Made by a program: the position numbers and the translations under genes. Positions 31,270 through 41,542 of a stretch of 64,000 bases of DNA are shown piece after piece. The stretch's first letter is position 1. Every line of letters begins with the position of its first letter. Under the pieces are notes generated by a model. The model worked only from the letters and a program-made list of their open reading frames with translations. It was not told the DNA's origin and made no database searches. Origin of the DNA: Alphaproteobacteria bacterium (GTDB lineage Bacteria > Pseudomonadota > Alphaproteobacteria > MPNO01); assembly GCA_964291675.2 (NCBI GenBank), contig OZ219866.1:1984001-2048000 (forward strand). The letters run 5' to 3'.

Positions 31270-32376
31270 TCAGGGGTGCAGCGAGATGCAGATCGCCTCC
31301 TCGCCCGGGATCTCCCCGCCGAGCATCCGGATCGCGCGCTCGGCGTCCTCCAGCTTCATCTCGTGGGTGTGCATCGGCGCCAGTCTTTCCAGGTTGCGGG
31401 CGAGCAGGTCGATGCCGGCGCGGTACATGTCGGCGCCCTGGGTGAACACCGCCTTCAGCGTGATCTCCTTGTAGACCATGCGGTCGGTATCGAGCGTCGC
31501 CACGCTGTTGCCGCCCTTGACCCCGGCGACGACGATGGTCCCGCCCGCGCGCACGACCTCGACGGCGTGACCGATGACCGCGGTGTCCGCCGGCACCACG
31601 TCGACCGCGATGTCGACGCCCCGCCCGCCGGTGATCTCCATGACCCGGGCGACGGTGTCCTCCTCGTCGGCGACGATGGTGTGGGTGGCGCCGAAGGCGC
31701 GCGCGAGGTCCAGCTTGAAGGCGTCGCGCGCGAGCCCGGTGACGACGATCTCGGCAACCCCGGCGGCCTTGAGCGCGATCACCGAGGCGAGCCCGCGCTG
31801 CCCGCACCCCATCACCAGCACGGTGTCGGAGAAGCTCGCCCCGGGCACCGCGACCGCCCAGCGGATGCCGGCGGCGAGCGCCTGGTACATCGTCGCCATC
31901 TCGTCGGGCACAAGGTCGGGCAGCTTGTGCATCAGGGTGCGCTCGTGCAGGTGGATGTACTCGCCGTAGCCGCCCCACAGCCCGTGACCGATCGTGGTCG
32001 GCAGATAGCCATAGGCGGGCGATGCCATCTGGAACATGCCCTTGCACAGGTGATGCGCGCCGGCGAGGCAGTCGACGCAGCGGCCGCAGGAGATCACCGG
32101 CTGCAGCGCCACCCGGTCGCCCACCTTGACGCCCCACTTGGCCGCGGCCTCGGCGCCGAGCTCCTCGATCACGCCCACCGGCTCGTGGCCCGGGATGACC
32201 GGGTAGACGGCGAGCCCCTTCTCCGCGAAGTGGCCGCGATACTGCTCGACATCGCTGCCGCACAGCCCGCACGCGCGCACGCGTAGCAGGCCTTCCGAGG
32301 CGCCGACGACGGGTACCTCGAATTCCTCCATCTCCAGCCGCCGGGCGGCGACCTGCACCATCGCGCGCGCCTTCAT
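31270..32376 (-). CDS. Zinc-binding (MDR) dehydrogenase
   Basis: GLCGSD, GHE, structural Zn motif CGRCVDC......LC. Confidence 0.9.
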   Translation of the reverse strand: MKARAMVQVAARRLEMEEFEVPVVGASEGLLRVRACGLCGSDVEQYRGHFAEKGLAVYPVIPGHEPVGVIEELGAEAAAKWGVKVGDRVALQPVISCGRCVDCLAGAHHLCKGMFQMASPAYGYLPTTIGHGLWGGYGEYIHLHERTLMHKLPDLVPDEMATMYQALAAGIRWAVAVPGASFSDTVLVMGCGQRGLASVIALKAAGVAEIVVTGLARDAFKLDLARAFGATHTIVADEEDTVARVMEITGGRGVDIAVDVVPADTAVIGHAVEVVRAGGTIVVAGVKGGNSVATLDTDRMVYKEITLKAVFTQGADMYRAGIDLLARNLERLAPMHTHEMKLEDAERAIRMLGGEIPGEEAICISLHP

Positions 32377-32456
32377 CGAAGCCGTCTCCCCGCTGCACGG
32401 CGAACCTCGCCAGGCAAGGATTGTCGCAGCGCCCGCCCGCGGGTCAACCGGGCGGG

Positions 32457-33344
32457 CTACGTCTCCTTCGCCGAGATGATCGCCGCGGTCATCGAGCGCG
32501 GGTCGCGCAGCTCCCAGCGCCCGGCCTCGACCCGCGCCATGAAGTCGCCGCAGACCTGGTTGTAGAGCGCGGGCTCCTCCAGATTGCACAGATGCCCGGT
32601 GCGCGGCAGCAGCACCAGCGCCGAGGACCGGATGGCGCGCTTCATCAGCAGCCCGGCGTCGAGGCACGGGTCGTCCTCGTCGCCGTTGACCACCAGGGTC
32701 GGCACGGTCAGCGCGCGCATCCTGTCTTCCAGGTCGAACAGCGACGGCCGGCGGCGCTGCACGCCGCGCATGGTGTTGGCCGAGCCCAGGCTGGAATGCT
32801 CGCACAGCCGGTCGGTGAATTCCTGCCAGCCGCGCGGGTCCTTGTTCTGGTACTGCACCCGGGTCGGACCCAGCGCGTAGACCTTGCCGAACGCCGCCAT
32901 GGTCTCGTCCTCCATGCGCTGGGCGGCTTCGGCGGTCTCCCGCTGGAACCGCTCGCGCGCGTCCGCCCTGGCGCCGTAGCCGCAGCCGGCCACCACCAGC
33001 GACAGCGCCCGGTCCGGGTACTGGAATCCGAAGTGAAGCGTCGCAAAGCCGCCCATGGACAGCCCGTTGATATGCGCACGCTCGATCCCGAGCCCGTCCA
33101 GCACCGCGAGGATGTCGTCGCGCGCGCGGTCCTGGCTGTACATCTCCGGGTCCGCGGGAACGTCCGACGGCGGGTATCCGCGCGCATTGAAGGCGATGCA
33201 GCGATGGCTGCGCGAGAAGTGGCGAAGCTGCGGCTCCCAGGCCCGGCAGTCGCCGGCGAACTCGTGCACGAACACGATCGGCCGGCCGCTGCCCGCCTCC
33301 TCGTAGTAGAGCCCGACCCCGTCATCGGCCGTGACATGCGGCAT
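32457..33344 (-). CDS. Alpha/beta hydrolase
   Basis: FVHEFAG, GLSMG nucleophile elbow, GHLCNLE. Confidence 0.9.
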   Translation of the reverse strand: MPHVTADDGVGLYYEEAGSGRPIVFVHEFAGDCRAWEPQLRHFSRSHRCIAFNARGYPPSDVPADPEMYSQDRARDDILAVLDGLGIERAHINGLSMGGFATLHFGFQYPDRALSLVVAGCGYGARADARERFQRETAEAAQRMEDETMAAFGKVYALGPTRVQYQNKDPRGWQEFTDRLCEHSSLGSANTMRGVQRRRPSLFDLEDRMRALTVPTLVVNGDEDDPCLDAGLLMKRAIRSSALVLLPRTGHLCNLEEPALYNQVCGDFMARVEAGRWELRDPRSMTAAIISAKET

Positions 33345-33508
33345 GGCGGCCTCCCCCTTCTGTCCGTTCCCGGTGCCTGCTTACCCGCGGCGCGGCAAGG
33401 CGGCAAGCCGGCCGGCCGATTGGTGCTGCGGTTGACTCGGCGCCGCCATGCCGGGACGGTATCGGTCGAACGGTCGAAGGGGAGCGCCGGGATGGAGAGC
33501 CGCCCGTC

Positions 33509-34699
33509 ATGAGTGCCGGTCTGCGAAACGCCCGTGGCGTAACCCACTACGAGCCGGGACGCACCCATGACGGCTATACGCTGTTCGCGCCGATGTACGG
33601 TCGCAACGTCTGGCTCATCGACATGTGGGGCACCATCCTGCACCGCTGGCCGACCGCGAACCTGCCCGGCAATTACGGCGAGCTGCTGGCCAACGGGAAC
33701 CTGCTCTTCGCCGGTCGCAGCAAGCCGGCGATCCCCGACTTCGCGGGCAATGGCGGCGAGCTGGTGGAGTACGACTGGCAGGGCGAAATCGTCTGGGAGT
33801 ATCGCGACCCCTATCTCAGCCACTGCTTCGCGCCGCTCGCCAACGGCAACCTGCTGGTCAACAAGTGGCGGCGCGTTCCCGCCGCGATCGCCCGGCGGGT
33901 CAAGGGCGGCCAGCCGGGCACCGAGCGCGACGGCGAGATGTACGGCGAGGCGGTGCAGGAGATCGACCGCGCCGGCAACGTGGTCTGGGAATGGCTGACC
34001 TTCGAGCATCTCGATCCCGGGATCGACGCGATCGGCCCCATGCATCCGCGCGACCGCTGGACCAATCTCAACGCGCTGCACGAGATGCCCGACGGCCGCG
34101 TCCTGATGAGCTTCCGCTTCATCGACACCATCGCGATCGTCGACCGGGCGAGCGGCGATATCGACTGGCGCTGGGGCCCCGGCAAGCTGGCCGGTCCGCA
34201 CGACCCGACATGGCTGGAAGGCGGCACGGTGCTGGTGTTCGACAACGGCGCGCACCGGACCCACACGACGATCGACTACTCGCGCGTGGTCGAAATCGAC
34301 CCGGCGACCGGAGAGATCGTGTGGGAGTACAAGGAGAACCCGGTCTACGACTTCTCCAGCTTCATCTGCTCGGGCGCCCAGCGGCTCGCCAACGGCAACA
34401 CGCTGATCTGCGAATGCACCAAGGGCCGGCTGTTCGAGGTGACGCGCGACGGCGACCTGGTGTGGGAGTTCGTCAGCCCGTTCTACTACGAGCACCCGAT
34501 CTTCGGGACCAACAACATGGTGTTCCGCTGCATGCGCTACGACGCCGACGACCCGCGCTTCGCCGGCGCGCCGCTGGGTGCCGGGGACAACGTCGACTTC
34601 AACGCCATGATGCCGCGCCCGTTCGTGCGCAGCCCCGACAGCGCCAGGCCGCTGGGCACGAGCTACGCGACGGGGACGATCCTGCGCGGCGGGCACTGA
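33509..34699 (+). CDS. Arylsulfotransferase (ASST)-like beta-propeller protein
   Basis: Repeated LANGNLL and G.IVWEY blades, FDNG, AQRLANGNTLI. Confidence 0.8.
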   Translation: MSAGLRNARGVTHYEPGRTHDGYTLFAPMYGRNVWLIDMWGTILHRWPTANLPGNYGELLANGNLLFAGRSKPAIPDFAGNGGELVEYDWQGEIVWEYRDPYLSHCFAPLANGNLLVNKWRRVPAAIARRVKGGQPGTERDGEMYGEAVQEIDRAGNVVWEWLTFEHLDPGIDAIGPMHPRDRWTNLNALHEMPDGRVLMSFRFIDTIAIVDRASGDIDWRWGPGKLAGPHDPTWLEGGTVLVFDNGAHRTHTTIDYSRVVEIDPATGEIVWEYKENPVYDFSSFICSGAQRLANGNTLICECTKGRLFEVTRDGDLVWEFVSPFYYEHPIFGTNNMVFRCMRYDADDPRFAGAPLGAGDNVDFNAMMPRPFVRSPDSARPLGTSYATGTILRGGH

Positions 34700-34733
34700 A
34701 ATCGGCGCGGACGGGCCGGGCGGCGGGCGCCGA

Positions 34734-35963
34734 TTGGAGACCGGGCAATTGACATCCGGCGATACCACGCCCCGCCAGGGAGACGGCGACGAACTGATCG
34801 CCGCGGCGCGGGCGCTGGCGCCGGCGATCGGGGCGGACGCCGAGAGCGCGGAGAAGGCGCGCAGGATCTCCCCGCGAGTCCATGCGGCGATCAGAGAGGC
34901 CGGATTTCTCCGCATTCTTCTGCCCCGCCGTTTCGGCGGCTACGAGCTCGACCTCGACACCGCGATCGGCGTGATTCTCGAGCTGTCGGCGGCCTGCGGG
35001 TCGACCGGCTGGGTGGCGAGCTGCGGCATTTCGCACCAGTGGATGGTGGCGCAGTTCCCGCTCGCCTGTCAGGAGGAGATCTGGGCCGACGGCCCCGACA
35101 AGCTGGTCGTGACGTCGTTCCCGGCGACCGGCGCCTGCGAGCGGGTCGATGGCGGGTTTCGGATCGACGGGAGGTGGCGCTATGCCAGCGGCTGCGACTA
35201 TGCCGATGTCGCGCTGCTCGGCGTCGCGCTGCCGCCCGAGAGGGACGGCGACGCCGCGGTCCCGGGGTTCGTCGTGGTGCCGATGTCCGATTGCGCGATG
35301 GAAGAGGACTGGGACACGATGGGGCTCGCGGCGACCGGCAGCCATGCGGTCGTCGCCGAAAATGTCTTCGTGCCCGAATACCGGAGCCTGCCGGCGGAGG
35401 TCTTCGTCGCGGCGGACACGCCGGGCCGGATCGCCTTCGAGACCAATCTCAGCCGCTACCCGGTGTTCTCGCTCGGCGCCCATGGCCTGTCCGCGACGGC
35501 GGTCGGTTGCCTCCAGGGCGCGCTCGACCACTTCGTCGCATTGCTGGCCGACTGGCGGGTCCGCGGCAGCGGGGTGGGCGCGGGCGCCAGGGTCGCCGAA
35601 TTCCCCGCAATCCAGATGCGGGTCGGGCAGGCGGCGATGGCGCTGAAGGCGGCGAAGGCGCTGATGTTCTCGCAGATCGAGGACACGCGGCGCGCCGTCA
35701 TCGACCGGGGCGCTGTGCTGGACCGCGGCGAGCGTCTGGAGAACCGGGTGGTCCAGGCCTATGTCGTCCAGCTCGCCCTGCAGGGGCTCGACGCGCTCTG
35801 GGGCGCGGCGGGCGCCAGCGGCATCCATCACGCCGAGCCGGTCCAGCGCGCCTGGCGCGACGCGCACGCCGTGTCCCACCACGCGTTCTTCAACTGGGAT
35901 GTCCACGCGGCGATGTACGGCCAGGCCCGGCTCGGGATCGAGCCGAGCGGCGCGCCCTATTGA
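34734..35963 (+). CDS. Acyl-CoA dehydrogenase-like flavin-dependent monooxygenase (HsaA family)
   Basis: PRRFGG, YASGCDYAD, WDTMGLAATGS, QRAWRDAH; start uncertain. Confidence 0.85.
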   Translation: METGQLTSGDTTPRQGDGDELIAAARALAPAIGADAESAEKARRISPRVHAAIREAGFLRILLPRRFGGYELDLDTAIGVILELSAACGSTGWVASCGISHQWMVAQFPLACQEEIWADGPDKLVVTSFPATGACERVDGGFRIDGRWRYASGCDYADVALLGVALPPERDGDAAVPGFVVVPMSDCAMEEDWDTMGLAATGSHAVVAENVFVPEYRSLPAEVFVAADTPGRIAFETNLSRYPVFSLGAHGLSATAVGCLQGALDHFVALLADWRVRGSGVGAGARVAEFPAIQMRVGQAAMALKAAKALMFSQIEDTRRAVIDRGAVLDRGERLENRVVQAYVVQLALQGLDALWGAAGASGIHHAEPVQRAWRDAHAVSHHAFFNWDVHAAMYGQARLGIEPSGAPY

Positions 35964-36009
35964 CCGCATCGGCGGCGAACATGCAGCGCACGGCATTGGG
36001 GAGAAGACG

Positions 36010-37095
36010 ATGACCGAAATCAGGGCGGCGGTGTTCCGCGATACCAGCCTCAAGCCTTCCATCGAGACCCTGGAGATGTCCGGACCGGGCGCGGACGAGG
36101 TGCTGGTCAAGCTGACCGCGACCGGCGTCTGCCACACCGATCTGAAGACGGCCGGCACCGACCGGTCGCCGCGCCCGGTGGTGCTCGGGCACGAAGGCGC
36201 GGGCGTCGTCGAGGCGGTCGGCTCCGGCGTCGCCGATCTGGCGCCCGGCGATCACGTCGTGATGACCTTCACCTGGTGCCGGCGCTGCCCGAGCTGCCGG
36301 AGCGCCCGGCCGGCCTATTGCTACAACACCGATCACTTCGCCTGCACCCGTCCCGACGGCAGCCACTACCTGCGCGGCGCGGACGGGCCGGTGCATGGCG
36401 ACTTCTTCAACCAGTCGTCCTTCGCCACCCACGCGCTGGGACGCCGGACCGGCGTGGTCAAGGTGCGCAAGGATGCGCCGCTGAACATCCTCGGGCCGCT
36501 CGGCTGCGGCATTCAGACCGGGGCGGGCGCGGTGCTCAACGTGTTCGGGATGAAGCCCGGGCAGACGCTTGCCGTCTTCGGCGCGGGCTCGCTCGGTCTC
36601 TCCGCGGTGATGGCGGCGAGGATCGCCGGCGCATCGGAGGTGGTCGCCGTCGACCTCCATCCCAACCGCTTGCAGCTCGCGGCCGAGCTCGGCGCCGACC
36701 ACGCGATCCGCGCCGATGGCGGGAAGGTGCACGACCGGATCCGCGACCTGATCCCGCACGGGGTCGATTTCGCGCTGGACACCACGGCCGTCGGCCCGGT
36801 GATGCTGGACGCGATCGCAAGCCTGGCGCCGCATGGCAGCTTCGGCTTCGTGGCCCCGACCGAGACCGGCGAGCTCACCGTCCCGCTCCGGCCGCTGATG
36901 ATGAACCGCAAGGTTCTCGGCATCATGGAGGGGAACAGCAACCCCGACGTCTTCATCCCCCGGCTGGTGGATTTCCACATGCAGGGCGTGTTCCCCTTCG
37001 ACCGGCTGGTCAGGTTCTATCCGTTCGACGACATCGAGCAGGCCTTCCACGACAGCGAGGCGGGCACCACGGTCAAGCCGATCCTCGAAATGTGA
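36010..37095 (+). CDS. Zn-dependent aryl-alcohol dehydrogenase-like (XylB family)
   Basis: CHTD, LGHEGAG, FFNQSSFA, PLGCGIQTGAG, FPFDRLV. Confidence 0.88.
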   Translation: MTEIRAAVFRDTSLKPSIETLEMSGPGADEVLVKLTATGVCHTDLKTAGTDRSPRPVVLGHEGAGVVEAVGSGVADLAPGDHVVMTFTWCRRCPSCRSARPAYCYNTDHFACTRPDGSHYLRGADGPVHGDFFNQSSFATHALGRRTGVVKVRKDAPLNILGPLGCGIQTGAGAVLNVFGMKPGQTLAVFGAGSLGLSAVMAARIAGASEVVAVDLHPNRLQLAAELGADHAIRADGGKVHDRIRDLIPHGVDFALDTTAVGPVMLDAIASLAPHGSFGFVAPTETGELTVPLRPLMMNRKVLGIMEGNSNPDVFIPRLVDFHMQGVFPFDRLVRFYPFDDIEQAFHDSEAGTTVKPILEM

Positions 37096-37146
37096 CCGCC
37101 CGGCGTATACAAATCAGGGGAAACACCGGCAGGGAGGAACAGGAAG

Positions 37147-38661
37147 ATGACACTTCAGGGTCCCAGCGCGTCGGAACTGCAGGACCTCGCCCGGTCGCTC
37201 GGCTTCGGGCTGACCGACGCGGAAGCCGGGGAATACAGCGCGCTGCTCGCCCCGCTGGTGGGCATGGCCGACGCCCAGCAGAAAATGCCGGACTACCTGC
37301 CAGAGGTGAAATACCCTCGGACCCCCGGCTACCGGCCCGACGGCGATGAGAACAGGTACAACGCCTGGTACTACAAGAGCCGCATCGAGGGCGCCCCGGA
37401 CGGCAAGCTGGCCGGCAAGACGGTCGCGCTCAAGGACAACGTGATGCTGGCCGGCGTGCCGATGATGAACGGCACGTCGATCCTCGAAGGCTATGTGCCC
37501 GAGGTCGACGCGACGATCGTCACGCGGCTGCTCGATGCGGGCGCGACGATTCTGGGCAAGGCGCATTGCGAGAACTACTGCCTCTCGGGCAGCAGCCATA
37601 CCAACGCGACCGGCCCCTGCCACAACCCGCACCGGATGGGCTACAGCGCCGGCGGCTCGTCCTCCGGCAGCGCCGCGCTGGTGGCCGCCGGCGAGGTCGA
37701 CATGGCGATCGGCGGCGACCAGGGCGGGTCGATCCGCATGCCGGCCTCGTTCTGCGGCGTCTACGGGATGAAGCCGACCTACGGCCTGGTGCCCTATACC
37801 GGGGTGCTCGGGATCGAGGCCGCGATCGACCATGTCGGGCCGATGACGGCGACCGTGGCGGACAACGCCCTGATGCTGGAGGCCATCGCCGGTGCGGACG
37901 GGATCGACGGGCGGCAGCGCGACGTGGTCACCCATCCCTATTCGGAGATGCTGGAGGGCGGGGTTTCGGGGCTCAGGATCGCGGTGATCGAGGACGGGTT
38001 CGATCACCCCGGCTCGCAGGCCGAGTCGGACGCCGTGGTGCGCGCCGCCTGCGCCAGGTTCGGCGAGCTCGGCGCCGAGGTCGAGACCATCGCCTTCCCG
38101 CTGCATCGCGAGGCGGCGGTGATGTACATGCCGGCCCTTGTGGAGGGGCTCGCCCGGGAGATGATGCTGCAGGGCGGCGTGTTCTACGGCCTGCCCGGGC
38201 TCTATGTCGGCGGCGCGCTCGAACGCTGCAACGGCTGGACCGAGCGCGCGCACGAGCTGCCGCCGACGGTCCGCGTGTTCACCCTGCTGGGTGCCTGGTA
38301 CATGGAGACCCTGGGCGGGCGCGTCTATGCCAAGGGGATGAATTTGCAGCGCAAGGCGAAGGACGGGTTCGCGCGGCTGATGGAGGACTTCGACCTCCTG
38401 CTGATGCCGACCGTGCCGCTGGTGGCGCAGCCGTTTCCGGCGGCGGACGCCTCGATCGCGGAGTATTGCGACCACGCCTGGAACATGCTGGCCAACTGTC
38501 CGACCTACAACTACACCGGCCAGCCTTCGATGTCGGTGCCCTGCGGCACGGTCGACGGGCTCCCGGTCGGGCTGATGATCACCGGACGGTGGTGGGACGA
38601 GCCGACCGTCTACCGGGCCGCGGCGGCGTTCGAGGCGAATTTCGACTGGCGCTCCCTCTGA
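37147..38661 (+). CDS. Amidase (amidase signature family)
   Basis: ALKDN, GGSSSGS, GGDQGGSIRMP (Ser-Ser-Lys triad). Confidence 0.95.
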   Translation: MTLQGPSASELQDLARSLGFGLTDAEAGEYSALLAPLVGMADAQQKMPDYLPEVKYPRTPGYRPDGDENRYNAWYYKSRIEGAPDGKLAGKTVALKDNVMLAGVPMMNGTSILEGYVPEVDATIVTRLLDAGATILGKAHCENYCLSGSSHTNATGPCHNPHRMGYSAGGSSSGSAALVAAGEVDMAIGGDQGGSIRMPASFCGVYGMKPTYGLVPYTGVLGIEAAIDHVGPMTATVADNALMLEAIAGADGIDGRQRDVVTHPYSEMLEGGVSGLRIAVIEDGFDHPGSQAESDAVVRAACARFGELGAEVETIAFPLHREAAVMYMPALVEGLAREMMLQGGVFYGLPGLYVGGALERCNGWTERAHELPPTVRVFTLLGAWYMETLGGRVYAKGMNLQRKAKDGFARLMEDFDLLLMPTVPLVAQPFPAADASIAEYCDHAWNMLANCPTYNYTGQPSMSVPCGTVDGLPVGLMITGRWWDEPTVYRAAAAFEANFDWRSL

Positions 38662-38671
38662 CGGCGCGGGT

Positions 38672-38700
38672 TTGACAGCCTGCGGGCCGGTACCCACTAT
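38672..38700 (+). promoter_or_regulatory. Sigma70-like promoter upstream of the RidA/OCD genes
   Basis: TTGACA-N17-CACTAT. Confidence 0.45.
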
Positions 38701-38734
38701 CGGCCCGCCAATCGACCATAGCGCCGAGGAGATC

Positions 38735-39115
38735 ATGGGGTTCGAAGTCGTCGAGACGCCCGGCCTGCCGACGCCGGGACAGTTTTCCCATGTCGTGAGG
38801 AAGGGGCCGTTCGTCTTCATCTCGGGACAGACCGCGGCGGTCGCCGCGGGGGAGGGGAACCTCGATCCCGAGGACCAGGCGCGGGAGATCTTCGGCTATC
38901 TGAGGACGGCGATCGAGTCGGCCGGCGGCACGATGGCCGACATCTGCAAGATCAACCTGTTCCTCACCGACGGCTCGCAGATCCCGGCGATCCTGGAGCT
39001 GCGGCCGCAGTTCTTCGAAAAACCCTATCCCGCGGCCACCCTGGTCATGGTCAACGGCCTGTTCCGGCGCGAACTCGTGATGGAGATCGAGGCGACGGCC
39101 ATCCTCGACGGCTGA
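38735..39115 (+). CDS. RidA/YjgF family protein
   Basis: FSHVV, FISGQ, YPAAT, EIEATA; GAGGAG RBS. Confidence 0.88.
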   Translation: MGFEVVETPGLPTPGQFSHVVRKGPFVFISGQTAAVAAGEGNLDPEDQAREIFGYLRTAIESAGGTMADICKINLFLTDGSQIPAILELRPQFFEKPYPAATLVMVNGLFRRELVMEIEATAILDG

Positions 39116-39134
39116 ACCGCACGGAGCGCCCGCC

Positions 39135-40157
39135 ATGTCCGCAGAGGGACCGCTCTTCGTCTCCTACCGCGATACGCTCGACCTGCTCTCGGCCGCCGAG
39201 GCGCTGGAGGTCGTCGAACGGGTCTACGCGATGCACGCCAGGGGCTCGGTGCAATGGTCCGACCCGCCGAGCTTCCACATGGACGACGCGGGGCTGCACA
39301 ACCACTGGCACGTCAAGGCCTGCCTGCTGAAGGACATCCCGATCGCCGGGGTGCGCATGTACGGCTATTACGAGGACAGCGAACGCTCCACTGTCGGCAC
39401 CCTCGATTCGACGCGCCTCGTCGTCATCAGCGATCCGGCGACCAGCGTGCCGCTGGCGATCGTCGACGAGCACTGGAACTTCTCGATCCGCAGCACCGCG
39501 GCCGCCTGCATCGCCTGCAAGTGGATGACCAACCCCGATCCCCGGGTGCTCGGCCTCGTCGGCGTGGGCTCGATGGGACGGACCGCGCTGCAGTGCCTGT
39601 CGTCGATGTACGCGTTCGAGGAGATCCGCTGCACCTCGCGGCGGCCGGAGACCCGCGAGGCGTTCGCCGCGGAATGGTCGGAGGCGCTCGGCGTTCCGGT
39701 GATCCCGGTGGCGACGCCGGAGGAAACGGTCACCGGCGCCGACATCGCGGTCGGCGGCACGACGTCGGCCGATGTCGTCTCGCGCGTCGAGTGGCTGAAG
39801 CCGGGCTCGACCTTCATCTCGCTCGCGCGGCGCGAGCTCGATCCCGCCGGCTGGCCGAAGATGGACAAGGTCGTGATCGACGATTTCGAGCTCAACATGC
39901 TGAGCCCGGTATTCCGCGAGACGGTGGAACGGGGCTATCTGTCGCGCGAGACCCTCCATGCCGAGATCTGGGAGCTGGTCGCGGGACGCAAGCCCGGCCG
40001 CGAGCATCCCGACGAGCGGGTGCTGATCCACACCGTCGGGCTGGTGTCGCAGGACGTGGCGCTCGCCGAATTCGTCTACCGCAAGGCGGTCGAGAAGGGC
40101 GTCGGCATCCGCCTCCCGGCGGCCCATTCCCGAGCCCCGGGCCGGACCCGCGCTTGA
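39135..40157 (+). CDS. Ornithine cyclodeaminase / mu-crystallin family protein
   Basis: IRSTAA, GVGSMG Rossmann loop, GRKPGR, GLVSQDVA. Confidence 0.85.
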   Translation: MSAEGPLFVSYRDTLDLLSAAEALEVVERVYAMHARGSVQWSDPPSFHMDDAGLHNHWHVKACLLKDIPIAGVRMYGYYEDSERSTVGTLDSTRLVVISDPATSVPLAIVDEHWNFSIRSTAAACIACKWMTNPDPRVLGLVGVGSMGRTALQCLSSMYAFEEIRCTSRRPETREAFAAEWSEALGVPVIPVATPEETVTGADIAVGGTTSADVVSRVEWLKPGSTFISLARRELDPAGWPKMDKVVIDDFELNMLSPVFRETVERGYLSRETLHAEIWELVAGRKPGREHPDERVLIHTVGLVSQDVALAEFVYRKAVEKGVGIRLPAAHSRAPGRTRA

Positions 40158-40182
40158 CCGGCCGCCGGGGCGGGGACAGAAT
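40154..40182 (+). promoter_or_regulatory. Sigma70-like promoter upstream of the first M20/Rieske module
   Basis: TTGACC-N17-CAGAAT. Confidence 0.35.
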
Positions 40183-40210
40183 TTTGCCGCCCGCGACGCG
40201 ATGCAGCACG

Positions 40211-41542
40211 ATGACCGACGACCGCCTCCGATCGATAGCCGACGCCGCGGCGGCGAAGCTGGTGCCGGGCGAGACGCTGCGACTCGCGGCGCGGATGGTC
40301 GATATTCCGAGCCCGTCGGGCCGCGAGCGCGAGCTGGCGGAGACGGTCGCGGGCTTCATGGCGGATAACGGCCTCGAAGGGCGCTGCCAGGCGGTCGACG
40401 GCGAGCTGTGCAACGCCCTCGGCCGGCTGCCCGGCTCCGGCGGCGGCGCCGAGCTGATGCTGTTTTCTCCCCTGGACACCGCCTTCGCCGGAACCCCCGA
40501 AGCCGATGGGCCGTTCCTCGGCACGCCGATGCGCGACGACCAGATCGCTTCCGCCCGCATCGAGGGCAAGGTCCTGACCGGGCTCGGCGCGCACAACCCG
40601 AAGGGCCACGCCGCCGCCGCCGTCATGGCCGCAATCTGCCTCGCGCGCGCCGGCGCGGCGCTCCCGGGCGATGTCGTCGTGGCGCTCGGGGGCGGCGGCA
40701 TGCCGACCAACATCCCGGCGGGCGACGGACGGGCCGGGCGGCGGATCGGCCACGGCGCCGGTTGCGCGTTCCTGCTCGAGCAGGGCGTCCGCCCCGATTA
40801 TGCCATCGTCGTCAAGCCGGGCCCTCCGGCCTGGGAGGAGGTCGGCCTCTGCTGGTTTCGCGTTTCGGTGCGCGGGCTGCTCGGCTACGCGGGGACACGG
40901 CACGCGGTGGCGCACGCCAACCCGATCCTCGCGGCGACCAGGGTGATCGAGGGGCTGGAGGCCTGGTTCGCCGACTACTCGGAGGCCAACGCGTCCGGCA
41001 CCCTGCGCCCGCAGGGCTCGATCGGCTGTATCCGCGCGGGCTGGGCCGAGAAGCCGACCTTCATCCCCGAGATCTGCGAGATCTATCTCGATCTGCGCAG
41101 CACGCCCCGCACCGGTCCGGCCGAGGTGCGCCGGCAATTCGCCGCCGCGATCGAGTCCATCCGCGCGGCCGATGACGGTCTCGATGTCGACTGGGAGATG
41201 ATCCTCGCCGTGCCCGCCTCCCATACCGACCCGGAGAGCTGGATCGTGGGCGCGGCGATCCGCGCATGGGAGCGCATGACGGGCCGCCCCTTCGTCTCCG
41301 GGAGCGACGGCAGCGGCGCCACGGAGGCGAACGTGATCCGCAATTGGGGCATCCCGACGGCGCGCTTCGGGCTGCCGCCGCCGCCCCAGCCGCTGCCGCG
41401 CTCGGGGCAATTCTCGATGGGGGAGGTGCACGCCGACAGCCTGGATTCGCTGGTGCGCGCGCTGATCGACGCCGCCGTCGACACCTGCGGGCGGCCGCTG
41501 GCCGAGCTGGATACGGAATCGGAGCGAGGCCCGCGATGTTGA
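40211..41542 (+). CDS. M20/ArgE-fold protein with degenerate metal-binding motifs
   Basis: IPSPSGRE, LFSPLDT, GLGAHNPKG, dimerisation domain with DLR. Confidence 0.75.
   Translation: MTDDRLRSIADAAAAKLVPGETLRLAARMVDIPSPSGRERELAETVAGFMADNGLEGRCQAVDGELCNALGRLPGSGGGAELMLFSPLDTAFAGTPEADGPFLGTPMRDDQIASARIEGKVLTGLGAHNPKGHAAAAVMAAICLARAGAALPGDVVVALGGGGMPTNIPAGDGRAGRRIGHGAGCAFLLEQGVRPDYAIVVKPGPPAWEEVGLCWFRVSVRGLLGYAGTRHAVAHANPILAATRVIEGLEAWFADYSEANASGTLRPQGSIGCIRAGWAEKPTFIPEICEIYLDLRSTPRTGPAEVRRQFAAAIESIRAADDGLDVDWEMILAVPASHTDPESWIVGAAIRAWERMTGRPFVSGSDGSGATEANVIRNWGIPTARFGLPPPPQPLPRSGQFSMGEVHADSLDSLVRALIDAAVDTCGRPLAELDTESERGPRC

Noticed and set aside
39254-41542. 762-aa apparent fusion ending in the M20 domain (likewise 15770-18232 and 41811-43532)
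   Set aside because: The N-terminal parts are off-frame overlaps with the upstream genes; internal starts explain the real proteins
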